From an uncultured Methanosarcinales archaeon (GTDB taxonomy: Archaea; Nanobdellota; Nanobdellia; Woesearchaeales; GW2011-AR15), in contig CAZEKF010000005.1 in NCBI GenBank assembly GCA_964512765.1, positions 6,414 through 70,413 on the forward strand: DNA of 64,000 nt. Direction: 5' to 3'. Every line of letters begins with the position of its first letter. Position 1 is the stretch's first letter. This document shows, one piece after another, positions 35,952 through 45,675 of this stretch. The translations under genes were made by a program, and so were the position numbers. The notes below the pieces were generated by a model. It was given only the letters and a program-made list of their open reading frames with translations. It was not told where the DNA came from and made no database searches.

Positions 35952-36089
35952 ATGGTATTATACAAATGTTTTCAATGCGGTAAAGAGATTGAAGATAAAA
36001 CTTTAAGAAAAAGAGTGCGTTGCATATATTGTGGTTCTAAGATGTTATACAAACCTAGAACTACCTCAACAAAAGTTAAAGCAAGATGA
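35952..36089 (+). CDS. rpoP: DNA-directed RNA polymerase subunit P (Rpo12)
   Basis: 45 aa, MVLYKCFQCGKEI...VRCIYCGSKMLYKPR zinc ribbon. Below the track threshold. Its stop overlaps the next ATG (ATGA). Confidence 0.75.
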   Translation: MVLYKCFQCGKEIEDKTLRKRVRCIYCGSKMLYKPRTTSTKVKAR

Positions 36090-36304
36090 TAACTTGCACA
36101 CTTGAAATTAAAGATAATGTAGATGAACTATATCAAATATTTTCATCTGAAAAGTTAAAATCTGATCGAGCAAACTGCAACATTAAAAAAGGTGATACTT
36201 TAACTTTCAAAATAGAAGCAAAGGATCCTGTAAGCATGCGAGCTTTCATGAACTCGATTCTGAAAATAATTGAAACTCATAATAAAATCTCAGCTGTAAA
36301 ATGA
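36086..36304 (+). CDS. pcc1: KEOPS complex subunit Pcc1
   Basis: 72 aa with FKIEAKDPVSMRAFMNSILKII. It sits in the conserved L37Ae-RpoP-Pcc1-prefoldin beta arrangement. Confidence 0.6.
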   Translation: MITCTLEIKDNVDELYQIFSSEKLKSDRANCNIKKGDTLTFKIEAKDPVSMRAFMNSILKIIETHNKISAVK

Positions 36305-36338
36305 AAATTTCAAGAAAATTTTCAAATCCAAAAGGAAA

Positions 36339-36659
36339 ATGAAAAAAGAAACAAAAGAAAAAATTGAACAGTTACAATCAATGGAACAAAACATTAATTC
36401 TATTATTGCACAAAAACAACAGTTTCAAGCTCAACAAATGGAAGTTGACAATGCATTGTCACAAGTTAAAAAAACAGATAAAGTTTTCAGAATTATAGGT
36501 AATATCATGGTTGCATCTTCTAAAACTACTGTTAAAAAAGAGTTAAGCGAGAAAAAAGAGCTTGTTGATCTTAGACTAAAAACAATGGACAAGCAGGAAG
36601 ATAAGTTACGTGATAAAGCAGCTGAAATACAAAAAGAAGTAATGAAAGATATAAAGTGA
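36339..36659 (+). CDS. pfdB: prefoldin subunit beta
   Basis: Two coiled-coil arms around VFRIIGNIMV. Size and context fit. Confidence 0.8.
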   Translation: MKKETKEKIEQLQSMEQNINSIIAQKQQFQAQQMEVDNALSQVKKTDKVFRIIGNIMVASSKTTVKKELSEKKELVDLRLKTMDKQEDKLRDKAAEIQKEVMKDIK

Positions 36660-36665
36660 TTAAAA

Positions 36666-36911
36666 ATGTCAGACCAAGTAGAAGATATTATAGACGTTCT
36701 CACAGAACTTTTGGAAGATAATACTGTCCCAAAAAATGTTAAAATTAAGATTGAAAGTATAATTAATTCATTAAAACAAGATTCTGAGTTATCATTAAAA
36801 GTTAATCAAGCATTAAGTATACTTGACGAAATATCTGATGATAACAATATTCAGCCATATACAAGAACACAAATATGGAACATTGCATCCATGCTAGAAT
36901 CTTTAAGTTAA
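36666..36911 (+). CDS. UPF0147-family small protein
   Basis: VLTELLEDNTVPKNVK...ALSILDEISDDNNIQPYTRTQIWNI is typical of archaeal UPF0147. Confidence 0.65.
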   Translation: MSDQVEDIIDVLTELLEDNTVPKNVKIKIESIINSLKQDSELSLKVNQALSILDEISDDNNIQPYTRTQIWNIASMLESLS

Positions 36912-37477
36912 GGTTTTCTTTTTCTTATCTTTATTTTAGATTTAATAACGGCCGAGTTTGGAATATGTAGAACATCGCCGTTTTTAGTCTGGATTCTCAC
37001 TTGAAGTAAATCTATTTTTATTAACTCGCCTTTTATGTCATCAATTTCTACAAATTTACCGTCTTTAAGATTTTCTTTAGTGTATAAATAAAATCCTGCC
37101 ATTACGTTTGGTATAAAATCTCTTATAGCCAAGAAAAATGATATTAATATAATTGCAATAGCAGCAGCTGATAAAAGATACAAAATTGTGTTTGCTAACC
37201 CGATTTGTTCAAGTGCTGCAACTAAGCTTAAGAAATATATTGTGTACGATAAAATATGGCTTATTATATGGTCAGCATTTAGCCTAAGACCTGTTGAATT
37301 TTTTATTAAATTGTTAAGTTCAATTTCTTTCAATACTTTGTAAACAACTCTTTCAACAATTTTTCCGAGAATAAAACCTAGTAAAAATGTTAAGATTGCA
37401 AACGATAGTTTAACTAATGTTCTATTAAGCTCTCCAAGCACTGTTCTAGGGCTTATTGCTGATATTTGAAAGTTCAT
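36908..37477 (-). CDS. small MscS-type mechanosensitive channel
   Basis: Three N-terminal TM segments and a beta-domain GKFVEIDDIKGELIKIDLLQVRIQTKNGDVLHIPNS. Confidence 0.55.
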   Translation of the reverse strand: MNFQISAISPRTVLGELNRTLVKLSFAILTFLLGFILGKIVERVVYKVLKEIELNNLIKNSTGLRLNADHIISHILSYTIYFLSLVAALEQIGLANTILYLLSAAAIAIILISFFLAIRDFIPNVMAGFYLYTKENLKDGKFVEIDDIKGELIKIDLLQVRIQTKNGDVLHIPNSAVIKSKIKIRKRKP

Positions 37478-37515
37478 ATGTGTAGTTATATTGGTTTATT
37501 TATAATATTTATTGT

Positions 37516-38142
37516 TTATACTAGAGGAACGAAACTAAAATGGCCGTGAGTTGATTTTTCCATTTGTTTACCTTTTTTAACTAGTTTAGTCATTACTTCA
37601 CTAAAACCTCTCTTAACAGGTAATACTATTGTGCCTTTATCAGATAATTGTTCGAGAAGGCTTCCTGGAATATTAGATGCAGTAGCTGTTACAACGATTT
37701 TATTGTAAGGTGCCTGTTTTCCATATCCTTTTTTACCGTCTGAGTTTATTAATTTAACATTATTTATTTTTGCTTTTTCTAAGTTGTTTATTGCAAAATC
37801 ACATAACTCTTTTATTATTTCAATAGAAACAATTTTTCCTCTATCTCCAACTAAATATGACATAACAGCAGCGTTATACCCTGAACCACAACCAATTTCT
37901 AATACTTTATCATTTTTATTAATATTCAACAGTTCCAACATAAACGCTACTGTGTAAGGTTGTGATATTGTTTGGTTATAGCCAATTGGTAAAGGGTGGT
38001 TATCGTATGCATGGTTTTTTTGATCTTTTGAAATGAATGATTCTCGAGGAGTTTTTGCAATAGCTTCTAAGATTTTGTTATTTCTTATTCCCATAACCTT
38101 TAATTCATGCAATAACCTTTCCTTATCCATTATTAATCCCAT
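37516..38142 (-). CDS. pcm: protein-L-isoaspartate O-methyltransferase
   Basis: GYNQTISQPYTVAFMLELL and VLEIGCGSGYNAAVM. Confidence 0.85.
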   Translation of the reverse strand: MGLIMDKERLLHELKVMGIRNNKILEAIAKTPRESFISKDQKNHAYDNHPLPIGYNQTISQPYTVAFMLELLNINKNDKVLEIGCGSGYNAAVMSYLVGDRGKIVSIEIIKELCDFAINNLEKAKINNVKLINSDGKKGYGKQAPYNKIVVTATASNIPGSLLEQLSDKGTIVLPVKRGFSEVMTKLVKKGKQMEKSTHGHFSFVPLV

Positions 38143-38201
38143 AACAAAATAAAATAGATTAACAAAATATAAATACTTTCATTGATTTTTTCTCAATAAC
38201 A

Positions 38202-39083
38202 ATGGATGATCGTGATAAATACATAAAAGCAGGGGAAATAGCACGTGAAGCATTGCACTACGGTGCTAAGTTTATAAAAATCGGTGCTAGTTTACTAGAT
38301 GTAACTGAAAAAGTTGAAGATAAAGTAAAAGAGTTAGGAGGAGAGTTCGCTTTTCCGCCACAGATTTCTTTGAACGATATTGCAGCGCATTACTGTGCTG
38401 ATCCAAACGATGAAACTGTGTTTAAAAAAGGTGATGTAGTTAAACTTGACGTTGGTGTCATGATAGACGGTTACATTGGAGATAATGCTCTAACAATTAA
38501 TCTAGGTGACCATGAAGAGTTAGTAAAAGCTAGCAGAGAAGCATTGGATAATGCAATTAAAATTATTAAACCTAGAGTTACATTGGGTGAAATCGGAAGA
38601 GTTATACAGGACACAATTACTAAATATGGTTTTGCGCCTGTTAAAAACCTTTCTGGTCATGGATTAAGCCAATTTGTTTATCATGATAAACCAAGCATTC
38701 CTAACTTTGACACAGGCGATAAAACACAACTTAAAAAAGGCCAAGTTATTGCTATTGAGCCTTTCGCATCCACTGGAAGTGGTGTTATTTTTGAAAGTAG
38801 CCATGCTAACATTTTTTCTTTAAGACAAAAAAAACCTGTTAGAAATATTATAACAAGAAACGTTCTAAAAGAAATTCTTAAGTTCAATAACATGCCATTC
38901 ACAACACGATGGCTAACTAATAAAATTCCTGAAGCAAAGGTTAACTTTGCATTACGCGAGTTGTTACAATACGGTATTCTTAACAAATACCCGCCTTTAC
39001 CTGATACTAATAAGGGATTAATTAGTCAGGCTGAGCATACTATTATTGTTGATGACAAACCTATTATTACAACTAAATTTTAA
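38202..39083 (+). CDS. map: type II methionine aminopeptidase
   Basis: Pita-bread fold motifs (FPPQISLNDIAAHY, DVGVMIDGYIGD, GHGL, AIEPF, EHT) with the archaeal insert. Confidence 0.85.
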   Translation: MDDRDKYIKAGEIAREALHYGAKFIKIGASLLDVTEKVEDKVKELGGEFAFPPQISLNDIAAHYCADPNDETVFKKGDVVKLDVGVMIDGYIGDNALTINLGDHEELVKASREALDNAIKIIKPRVTLGEIGRVIQDTITKYGFAPVKNLSGHGLSQFVYHDKPSIPNFDTGDKTQLKKGQVIAIEPFASTGSGVIFESSHANIFSLRQKKPVRNIITRNVLKEILKFNNMPFTTRWLTNKIPEAKVNFALRELLQYGILNKYPPLPDTNKGLISQAEHTIIVDDKPIITTKF

Positions 39084-40170
39084 GTTTTCTCACAAACAAC
39101 ACAGACAACGGAGTTATTGCACCTAATAAAATAAACAATAATTTGTAGTCAAACACAAACGCAAACCCTAAAAATATTATTGCTCCAATGCAAAACATTA
39201 ACATTCGTTCTGCAATTAAAGTAACTGCGTCCTTATTTTCAATATCATCGAAAAAGATTGTGTTGTAAGGTACATTGATTGCGTTGTAAAACAAGCTTAC
39301 TATTAGGATGAACGCGTATGGTAGGTTTAACACACCAAACAATATCCAGCTTAAACTTTGTAATAATATAAAACTCATTAAAACATTTTTTTTATTATAT
39401 TTGTCTATCAAAAACCCGCTTGCGCTTGTTGAAATTAAAGCTATAATACCTAAAAACGTTCCAAACGAACCAACAACAAGTTCTTGTTTTGACAGTTCAA
39501 AGATATATATTGGAAATATAAACGCTGTAATAACAAACGTCATACCTCGCAAAAATACAAGCCACATATGTTTAGGCAAATTACCTTTAAGCTTAGAAAA
39601 CCATACAATTTTCTTTTTAACTGGTACGTTAAGTTTGAGTTTAAAGCTTAACAAACCACCTATTAAAACTAATAATAATGATGTTATGAACAGTACAGGA
39701 TAATTAAACCAGGTTATTAAAAACCCACCAACAAACGGTGCAATTATAGTAGATAACCACATACTAGCATAAATACTACCTTGCTGGTTACCTCTTTTCT
39801 TTGGTTCAGTTGTTTTTAATGTTACTGTGTCCATTGATACCCAGTATGAAAAACCTATAAACCCTGAAGCAAATCCCTGCAACTCAATTGGATATCTTAA
39901 AACTGGATAAAACCTTATTATTAAAACAATTAAAGGTTCTAATATTCCTCTCAATACTATAAAGATCTTAACACCTTTCTTATGCATAATAATGTTTGAA
40001 ACTATACTAGCAATTACTCCACCGAGGCAAAAGACCATTAAGTAAAAAACTATTCTGTTAAACGAAATACCATGGTTTAGATAATAAATAGGCACAAACA
40101 TACTATACAAACTATTACCAAGTGTCATCAGAAACAAAATTAGTTTCTGTAGATTCCTTTGCATTTGCAT
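39073..40170 (-). CDS. MFS-type transporter
   Basis: About 11-12 TM segments with a central loop. Confidence 0.5.
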   Translation of the reverse strand: MQMQRNLQKLILFLMTLGNSLYSMFVPIYYLNHGISFNRIVFYLMVFCLGGVIASIVSNIIMHKKGVKIFIVLRGILEPLIVLIIRFYPVLRYPIELQGFASGFIGFSYWVSMDTVTLKTTEPKKRGNQQGSIYASMWLSTIIAPFVGGFLITWFNYPVLFITSLLLVLIGGLLSFKLKLNVPVKKKIVWFSKLKGNLPKHMWLVFLRGMTFVITAFIFPIYIFELSKQELVVGSFGTFLGIIALISTSASGFLIDKYNKKNVLMSFILLQSLSWILFGVLNLPYAFILIVSLFYNAINVPYNTIFFDDIENKDAVTLIAERMLMFCIGAIIFLGFAFVFDYKLLFILLGAITPLSVLFVRKLKI

Positions 40171-40202
40171 TTTACGTTAGAGAAGAAATAAAGTATAAAA
40201 AA

Positions 40203-41978
40203 TTAACTTAAAAATTTAATAACCTGTTTAACAGTTAATAACTGTTCTTTCCCACTCTTCATATCCCTTAGTTTTACTTTGCCTTGTTTGAGTTCTTTTT
40301 CACCCACAAACACAACATAAGGAAGTCCATAAGAATTTGCATATTGAAGATTTTTGCTTATTCCTCGCTCTAGTAAATCAATATCTGTGTTGATACTTTT
40401 TTCTCTTAACTGCTGTGCTAATTTCAAAGATTGTTTTAATGTTTTAATTGGAATGATGTACAATTTAGTAACTGATTTCTTATTGGCTTTGTTTTTTTCT
40501 TTCAATGCTTCTATGATTACTTCTATGCCAAAACTAATTCCTGTTGCTGGGATTATTTCTTTTGTTCCTAAATAATTTCCAATTAATTCATCATATCTGC
40601 CACCACCTGCTGCAGAACTTGTCAATGAAGATTCTTTTAAAAGCACTTCGTATATTGGACCAGTGTAATATGCAAGACCCCTAGCTAAGCTTGGGTCAAA
40701 CACAATGCTTTTTATCTTATACATTTCGAGAAAATCAAGTAGCTCTCCCATTTCCTGTATCCCTTGCTTACCAATCTTACTTTTAATTATAGATTTTAAT
40801 TTATCAAGAGTTTTTCTATTTGTTTTATCCTTTGACAGGGTATCTAAGATGAACTTTATTTTATCTTTACTATACCCTTGTTCAGATAATTCCTTTGTAA
40901 CTCCTTTTTTGCCTATTTTTTTCAACTTATCAATTGAAACTGTAACAGATTCCCAATCTTTTTTTTTAATTCCAGAATCTTCTAAAACTCCCTCGATTAC
41001 TTTTCTGTTATTTACTTCAATGTAAAACTTGAATCCTAACTCACTAAAAACAGCATCAGTAACTGCTAATATTTCTGCATCTGCAATCATACCTTTAACT
41101 CCAACTATATCTGGGTCAAACTGTCTAAAGCTTCGGTACCTGCCTTTTTTAATGGGCCCATCTCTAAACACTTCACCTTCTAAATATTTTTTAAATGGCA
41201 TTTTAATAGATGGGTTCATTGCAATATACCTTGAAAAAGGTACTGTCATGTCAAATCTTAATCCTAATTTTCTACCACCATTATCTGTTGAAACAAAAAT
41301 CTCCTTTAAAGCATCAGACTCTTCACCTGCTGCAAATTTAGCTGCTAATGTTTCATATCTTTCAAGAATGGGTGTTTCAATTGGACTAAACCCATAAGTT
41401 TCACAAACCTTCTTGATTGTATTAAGAACATAATCTCTAAGGATTTTTTCATTAGGCCCGAAATCTCTTGTGCCTTTAGCTAAATCTATTTTAGATTTTT
41501 TCATTTTTTTAGGTGGTTCTTCTTTATCTAAAACTGTTGATACTATGCTGTATGTATCTTTACCTTTTTTTTCTATCTTTTTTATCTTAAATATGCCAAT
41601 CTCTTTTGTATTATCAACATGAGGGTTGCCACATGCTTGTATATCAAAATCTTTTATTTCAACTACCCTAATCTTTTTAACAGACTCAGGCACCATTGAT
41701 AAGTCAACAAGCTTTTGAGCTTTTTCCCTGCTCATGTTTGTTTTTGTAACTGGCAGATTCTTTTTTATTACTTCATTTACTTTAGTCTCTAACTCCTCAG
41801 GTCCTACCTCCCTAAGATCTTTTTTACACTCCATAACAATCCTTATCTTGTTATCTCCAATATCAAGAGCTTTCTGGATTGTTTTATACTGAGTTCTAAG
41901 AATATTATAAAAAACATGTTCTCCTGATTCCAGTCTTGCGCGTTTACTTACCATAATCTTCACCCTTTCAATGGCCAA
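40203..41978 (-). CDS. hisS: histidyl-tRNA synthetase with an N-terminal AlaX-S-like (tRNA_SAD editing-type) domain
   Basis: Residues ~1-160 carry EHVFYN (HxxxH-like), VVEIKDFDIQACGNPHV (CxxxH) and IGIFKIKKIEKKGK. The HisRS core follows: KGTRDF, RGLAYYTG and GGGRYD. A C-terminal anticodon-binding domain is present. Confidence 0.8.
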   Translation of the reverse strand: MAIERVKIMVSKRARLESGEHVFYNILRTQYKTIQKALDIGDNKIRIVMECKKDLREVGPEELETKVNEVIKKNLPVTKTNMSREKAQKLVDLSMVPESVKKIRVVEIKDFDIQACGNPHVDNTKEIGIFKIKKIEKKGKDTYSIVSTVLDKEEPPKKMKKSKIDLAKGTRDFGPNEKILRDYVLNTIKKVCETYGFSPIETPILERYETLAAKFAAGEESDALKEIFVSTDNGGRKLGLRFDMTVPFSRYIAMNPSIKMPFKKYLEGEVFRDGPIKKGRYRSFRQFDPDIVGVKGMIADAEILAVTDAVFSELGFKFYIEVNNRKVIEGVLEDSGIKKKDWESVTVSIDKLKKIGKKGVTKELSEQGYSKDKIKFILDTLSKDKTNRKTLDKLKSIIKSKIGKQGIQEMGELLDFLEMYKIKSIVFDPSLARGLAYYTGPIYEVLLKESSLTSSAAGGGRYDELIGNYLGTKEIIPATGISFGIEVIIEALKEKNKANKKSVTKLYIIPIKTLKQSLKLAQQLREKSINTDIDLLERGISKNLQYANSYGLPYVVFVGEKELKQGKVKLRDMKSGKEQLLTVKQVIKFLS

Positions 41979-43075
41979 AATGGCTTTATCAATGATTTTT
42001 CAAACAAATCTTTTTTTCTCCAATTAATTTCAATTTTATTTTCTTTCATTATTATCATTCCTTTAAAATGCAATGCAAACACGACTTTTTTAAGGAAATC
42101 TTCTGGTACTTTGATTTTCTTTGATATTTCTTCAACAGTTTTTGGTTTAACACCTTCCCTTAACACCAAATATTCAACAGGTGGTATTTTTTCAGGTTCA
42201 ACTTTAAATGAGAATTTTATCAGGAAATTCTCAAGTTTACCTTTTGGAGTGTATTCAATTGGTAAATCATCTGATACTAAATATGAATTTACTTTTTCTC
42301 TGTTATTAGACAGGTATTCCATTAACATTTTTCCTATTAATTTCTGGCCGCCGTGTAAGTACAACCTGGCAAAGATCTTCATGTACTCGAAATACCGTCT
42401 GGTAAAGTTATGTTCATCTTTAACCTTACTAAAAATGTAACATCTTTCTCTGTAATATTTTAGCACGTCAAAGTTTTTTGTAAGGTCATAGTATATTTTT
42501 AATGAATACCATTGGCACAAACCTTCTTCAAACCATTCAATATACATTTGGTCTTTACTTTTATTCTGTGATAGACATGAATGCAATTGTTCATGTATCA
42601 ATAATATTGGCGTGAAAAACGAACTAACTCTTTTGTTAAGGAAATATATGCCTGCGTTTTTGTTACCTTCAAATATTGTTACTGAACTAGCACCTTTTTT
42701 TTCAAATGATATTAATCCCTGCGGAAAATTGTCATCAAAAAAAATAGATCTTGTTTTGAAGTTCATACCTAATGTTTTTTTTACTTCGTCACGAATTTTA
42801 GGAAGCATGTCTCGCCATAATTTCTCGTCAAACTGTTTCGGCGTGGTTTTCAATTCTTTTTGTATTTTCTTAATATCTTCTTTAAGAATCGTGTTGTACG
42901 CCATGACATTGTTAGTCTTTACTAAATTCTTTAACTTGATATCTGTAGCTTCTGAATAATCGTTTTCTTCATTGAAATTTTTATCCAGTAACTTGTACAT
43001 GCTAGGTTTATAATATCCTAACTTTGTTTTGAAGAACGTGTCTTCAATTACCCGTAATTCTGATAAATTGATCAT
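41960..43075 (-). CDS. hypothetical HExxH protein with a C-terminal winged-helix-like region
   Basis: LLIHEQLHSCL motif. The C-terminal TVEEISKKIKVPEDFLKKVVFALHFKGMIIM is wHTH-like. The gene lies between hisA-IE and hisS, overlapping hisS by 19 nt. Confidence 0.4.
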   Translation of the reverse strand: MINLSELRVIEDTFFKTKLGYYKPSMYKLLDKNFNEENDYSEATDIKLKNLVKTNNVMAYNTILKEDIKKIQKELKTTPKQFDEKLWRDMLPKIRDEVKKTLGMNFKTRSIFFDDNFPQGLISFEKKGASSVTIFEGNKNAGIYFLNKRVSSFFTPILLIHEQLHSCLSQNKSKDQMYIEWFEEGLCQWYSLKIYYDLTKNFDVLKYYRERCYIFSKVKDEHNFTRRYFEYMKIFARLYLHGGQKLIGKMLMEYLSNNREKVNSYLVSDDLPIEYTPKGKLENFLIKFSFKVEPEKIPPVEYLVLREGVKPKTVEEISKKIKVPEDFLKKVVFALHFKGMIIMKENKIEINWRKKDLFEKSLIKPFWPLKG

Positions 43076-43085
43076 CTTATTTCAC

Positions 43086-44330
43086 CTATTGTTCATTTAA
43101 CTCCTCTGATTTTATATAATTTCTTATTTTAAGCTCGTTTTCTATGTCTTTATAATCAATATTGTTCTTAACCATTAACACAGATATAAAATATAACATG
43201 TCTGCAATTTCCCATCTTAAGTTGTTTTTATCAGTATAATTAATCACTTCATTTGCTTCTTCAATGATTTTCTTTATTAACTTTGGTTCATTGTTTAATA
43301 ATTTATCTGTGTATGAATTACTGCCTTTTCTTGATTTAATTATATCTAATAAATCATTGAAACTGAATTCTTTGTCTGAAAAACAACTATAATCTCCTTC
43401 ATGACAAGCTACGTTTTTCTGTTTAACAGTAAAAATTAACGTATCACTGTCACAGTCTGTCTGTATTCTTAACAACTCTTGTGTGTTACTTGATGTTTCG
43501 CCTTTTTTCCATAACTTGTTCCGAGTTCTTGAATAATAGATTCCTTTTCTTTGCTTCAGTGCTTGTTGTACTGATTTTTTATTACTAAATGCTAGCATTA
43601 ATATTTGATTATTTTGGTCTTTGACAATGGTTGGAATTAAACTCATGTTTTTTTCAAAATTTAACAACGAAACAAAGATATCATTATAATTTATCTTATT
43701 TTCATAATATGCCATGCCAATAACAGCGTCAATATCATACCTTGCTAGTTCCAAAATTTGTTCTTTTGTTGATACACCACCTGCATATTGTATTTTATTA
43801 TTTGTAATTTCTCTTAACCTTAATGCTGTATCAATATCAATTCTTTCCATTGTACCTTCCTTGTCAACATATGTGTATAAAAAACCTGAGCAATAGTCTT
43901 GTAATTCAATCACCTTTTCAATCGCTGTCTTGTTTGTTTTATTAGTCCATGCTTTATCAACAATTTTACCTTGTTTTGAGTCAACTGCAACAATAATTTT
44001 TTCTTTTGACAATTTCTTAAGGAAGTCTTTATTAGCTTTTGTTCCAATGATTATTTTGTTTGCTCCTAATTTAAGTATTTCATACGCTTGATCAACTGTC
44101 CTAATACCTCCACCAACATTACAGTTACAGATTTTACATATTTTTCTGATTAATTCAATATTGCTACCTTTGCCAAAAGCTGCGTCAAGATCAATTAAAT
44201 TAACTTCTGGATAAATTGAAAACTTCAGAGCTAAAGCTAATGCATCTTCCTCAAATTTCTTGTTTTGAGGATTGCCCTGAACTAATTTCACCACTTTTCC
44301 ATTCATTAAATCTATACTCGGAACTAAAAT
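43086..44330 (-). CDS. hisA: HisA-HisI-HisE triple fusion (ProFAR isomerase, PR-AMP cyclohydrolase and PR-ATP pyrophosphatase)
   Basis: HisA is the N-terminal domain (VKLVQG...GGGIR). HisI follows (IPTIVKDQNNQILMLAF, SRTRNKLWKKGETS, DCDSDTL, ACHEG..SCF). HisE is the C-terminal domain (SYTDKLL, EEANE, EIADMLY). The conserved VPSIDL strand lies upstream of the first ATG (44306), so the 5' end is set at ATT 44328-44330. That start is uncertain. Confidence 0.75.
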   Translation of the reverse strand: MLVPSIDLMNGKVVKLVQGNPQNKKFEEDALALALKFSIYPEVNLIDLDAAFGKGSNIELIRKICKICNCNVGGGIRTVDQAYEILKLGANKIIIGTKANKDFLKKLSKEKIIVAVDSKQGKIVDKAWTNKTNKTAIEKVIELQDYCSGFLYTYVDKEGTMERIDIDTALRLREITNNKIQYAGGVSTKEQILELARYDIDAVIGMAYYENKINYNDIFVSLLNFEKNMSLIPTIVKDQNNQILMLAFSNKKSVQQALKQRKGIYYSRTRNKLWKKGETSSNTQELLRIQTDCDSDTLIFTVKQKNVACHEGDYSCFSDKEFSFNDLLDIIKSRKGSNSYTDKLLNNEPKLIKKIIEEANEVINYTDKNNLRWEIADMLYFISVLMVKNNIDYKDIENELKIRNYIKSEELNEQ

Positions 44331-45079
44331 CTTACATCAACTCCTTTATTATTCAAATAAGTTTTAACATCATTTATTGAATACTGATCAAAATGGAAAA
44401 TACTAGCAGCTAATGCTGCATCTGCTTTTCCTTTTGTAAATGCTTGATATATTTGTTCTAAATCACCTGCACCACTGCTAGCAATAACAGGTATGTTAAC
44501 AGATTCTGAAATTAATTTAGTTATTTCTAAATCATAACCTTGTTTCATACCATCTGTGTCTAATGAGTTAAGCAGGATTTCACCTGCACCTAATTTTTCG
44601 CACTGTTTAGCAAATTCTAAAGCATTAATTCCTGTTGATTCTTTTCCTCCATAGATGTACAATTCCCAATAATCATTGTTTTTCTTAACATCTAAGGATA
44701 TAACAATGCACTGTGAACCAAATTTATTTGAGGCTTGTTTTATGATTTCAGGGTTTTTCACAGCTTCTGTGCAAAACGCTACTTTATCTGCTCCGTTTTT
44801 TAGGAGCAATTTAATGTCATCAATGGTTTTTATTCCACCACCAACAGTGAACGGAATAAAGATGTTATTAGCTACATTTCTTACTATTTCCAACATAGTT
44901 TTTCTGTTTTCAATGCTTGCTGTAATGTCAAGGAAACATAACTCGTCAGCGCCTTCATTATAATATTTTATAGCTAACTCTACAGGATCACCAATTTCTT
45001 TCAAATTCTTGAAATTAGTGCCTTTGACTACTTTTCCATTTTTTACGTCCAAACAAGGTATGATTCTTTTTGTCAACAT
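44324..45079 (-). CDS. hisF: imidazole glycerol phosphate synthase cyclase subunit HisF
   Basis: RIIPCLDV, DELCFLDI, GGGI and SLDTDG motifs. Confidence 0.9.
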   Translation of the reverse strand: MLTKRIIPCLDVKNGKVVKGTNFKNLKEIGDPVELAIKYYNEGADELCFLDITASIENRKTMLEIVRNVANNIFIPFTVGGGIKTIDDIKLLLKNGADKVAFCTEAVKNPEIIKQASNKFGSQCIVISLDVKKNNDYWELYIYGGKESTGINALEFAKQCEKLGAGEILLNSLDTDGMKQGYDLEITKLISESVNIPVIASSGAGDLEQIYQAFTKGKADAALAASIFHFDQYSINDVKTYLNNKGVDVRF

Positions 45080-45675
45080 TATAACTCACCAAAGTTCTTC
45101 AACATCTTCAGTCCAATCTCACTTGATTTTTCAGGGTGGAACTGTGTTGCATACACATTATATTTTTGGATTCCACTCACGAATTTTGTACCATAGTTTG
45201 TCGTTGTCAACACAACATTATTATCCTCAGGAACAACATAGTATGAATGCACAAAGTAAAAATATCCATTATCTATCCCATTTAGTAATAATGATTCTTT
45301 TTTTTGTTCAACATTGTTCCATCCAATTTGAGGTATTTTTACATTGTTTGGAAATCTTTTTATTTTTCCTTTGATCAATCCAAGCCCTTTAACGCCCAGA
45401 TCTTCTTCACTGTTCTCAAACAATATTTGGAGTCCTATACAAATGCCAAGGTAAAGTTTTCCTTTCTTAATCTCTTCAATCATAACTTTATCAAGCTTTT
45501 CTTCTCCAAGCTTAGTCATGACATCACCAAACCTTCCTTGGCCAGGCAAGATCAATTTATCTGCGTTCATAATCTCTCCTGGATCATCTGTAACCTTGTT
45601 TTTTATTCTAAGATAATCAAGTGCATTCTTGACACTACCTATATTACCTGATCCGTAATCTATTATCGCTATCAT
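45079..45675 (-). CDS. hisH: imidazole glycerol phosphate synthase amidotransferase subunit HisH
   Basis: IAIIDYGSGN, GICIGLQ and FHPEKS triad motifs. Confidence 0.9.
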   Translation of the reverse strand: MIAIIDYGSGNIGSVKNALDYLRIKNKVTDDPGEIMNADKLILPGQGRFGDVMTKLGEEKLDKVMIEEIKKGKLYLGICIGLQILFENSEEDLGVKGLGLIKGKIKRFPNNVKIPQIGWNNVEQKKESLLLNGIDNGYFYFVHSYYVVPEDNNVVLTTTNYGTKFVSGIQKYNVYATQFHPEKSSEIGLKMLKNFGEL

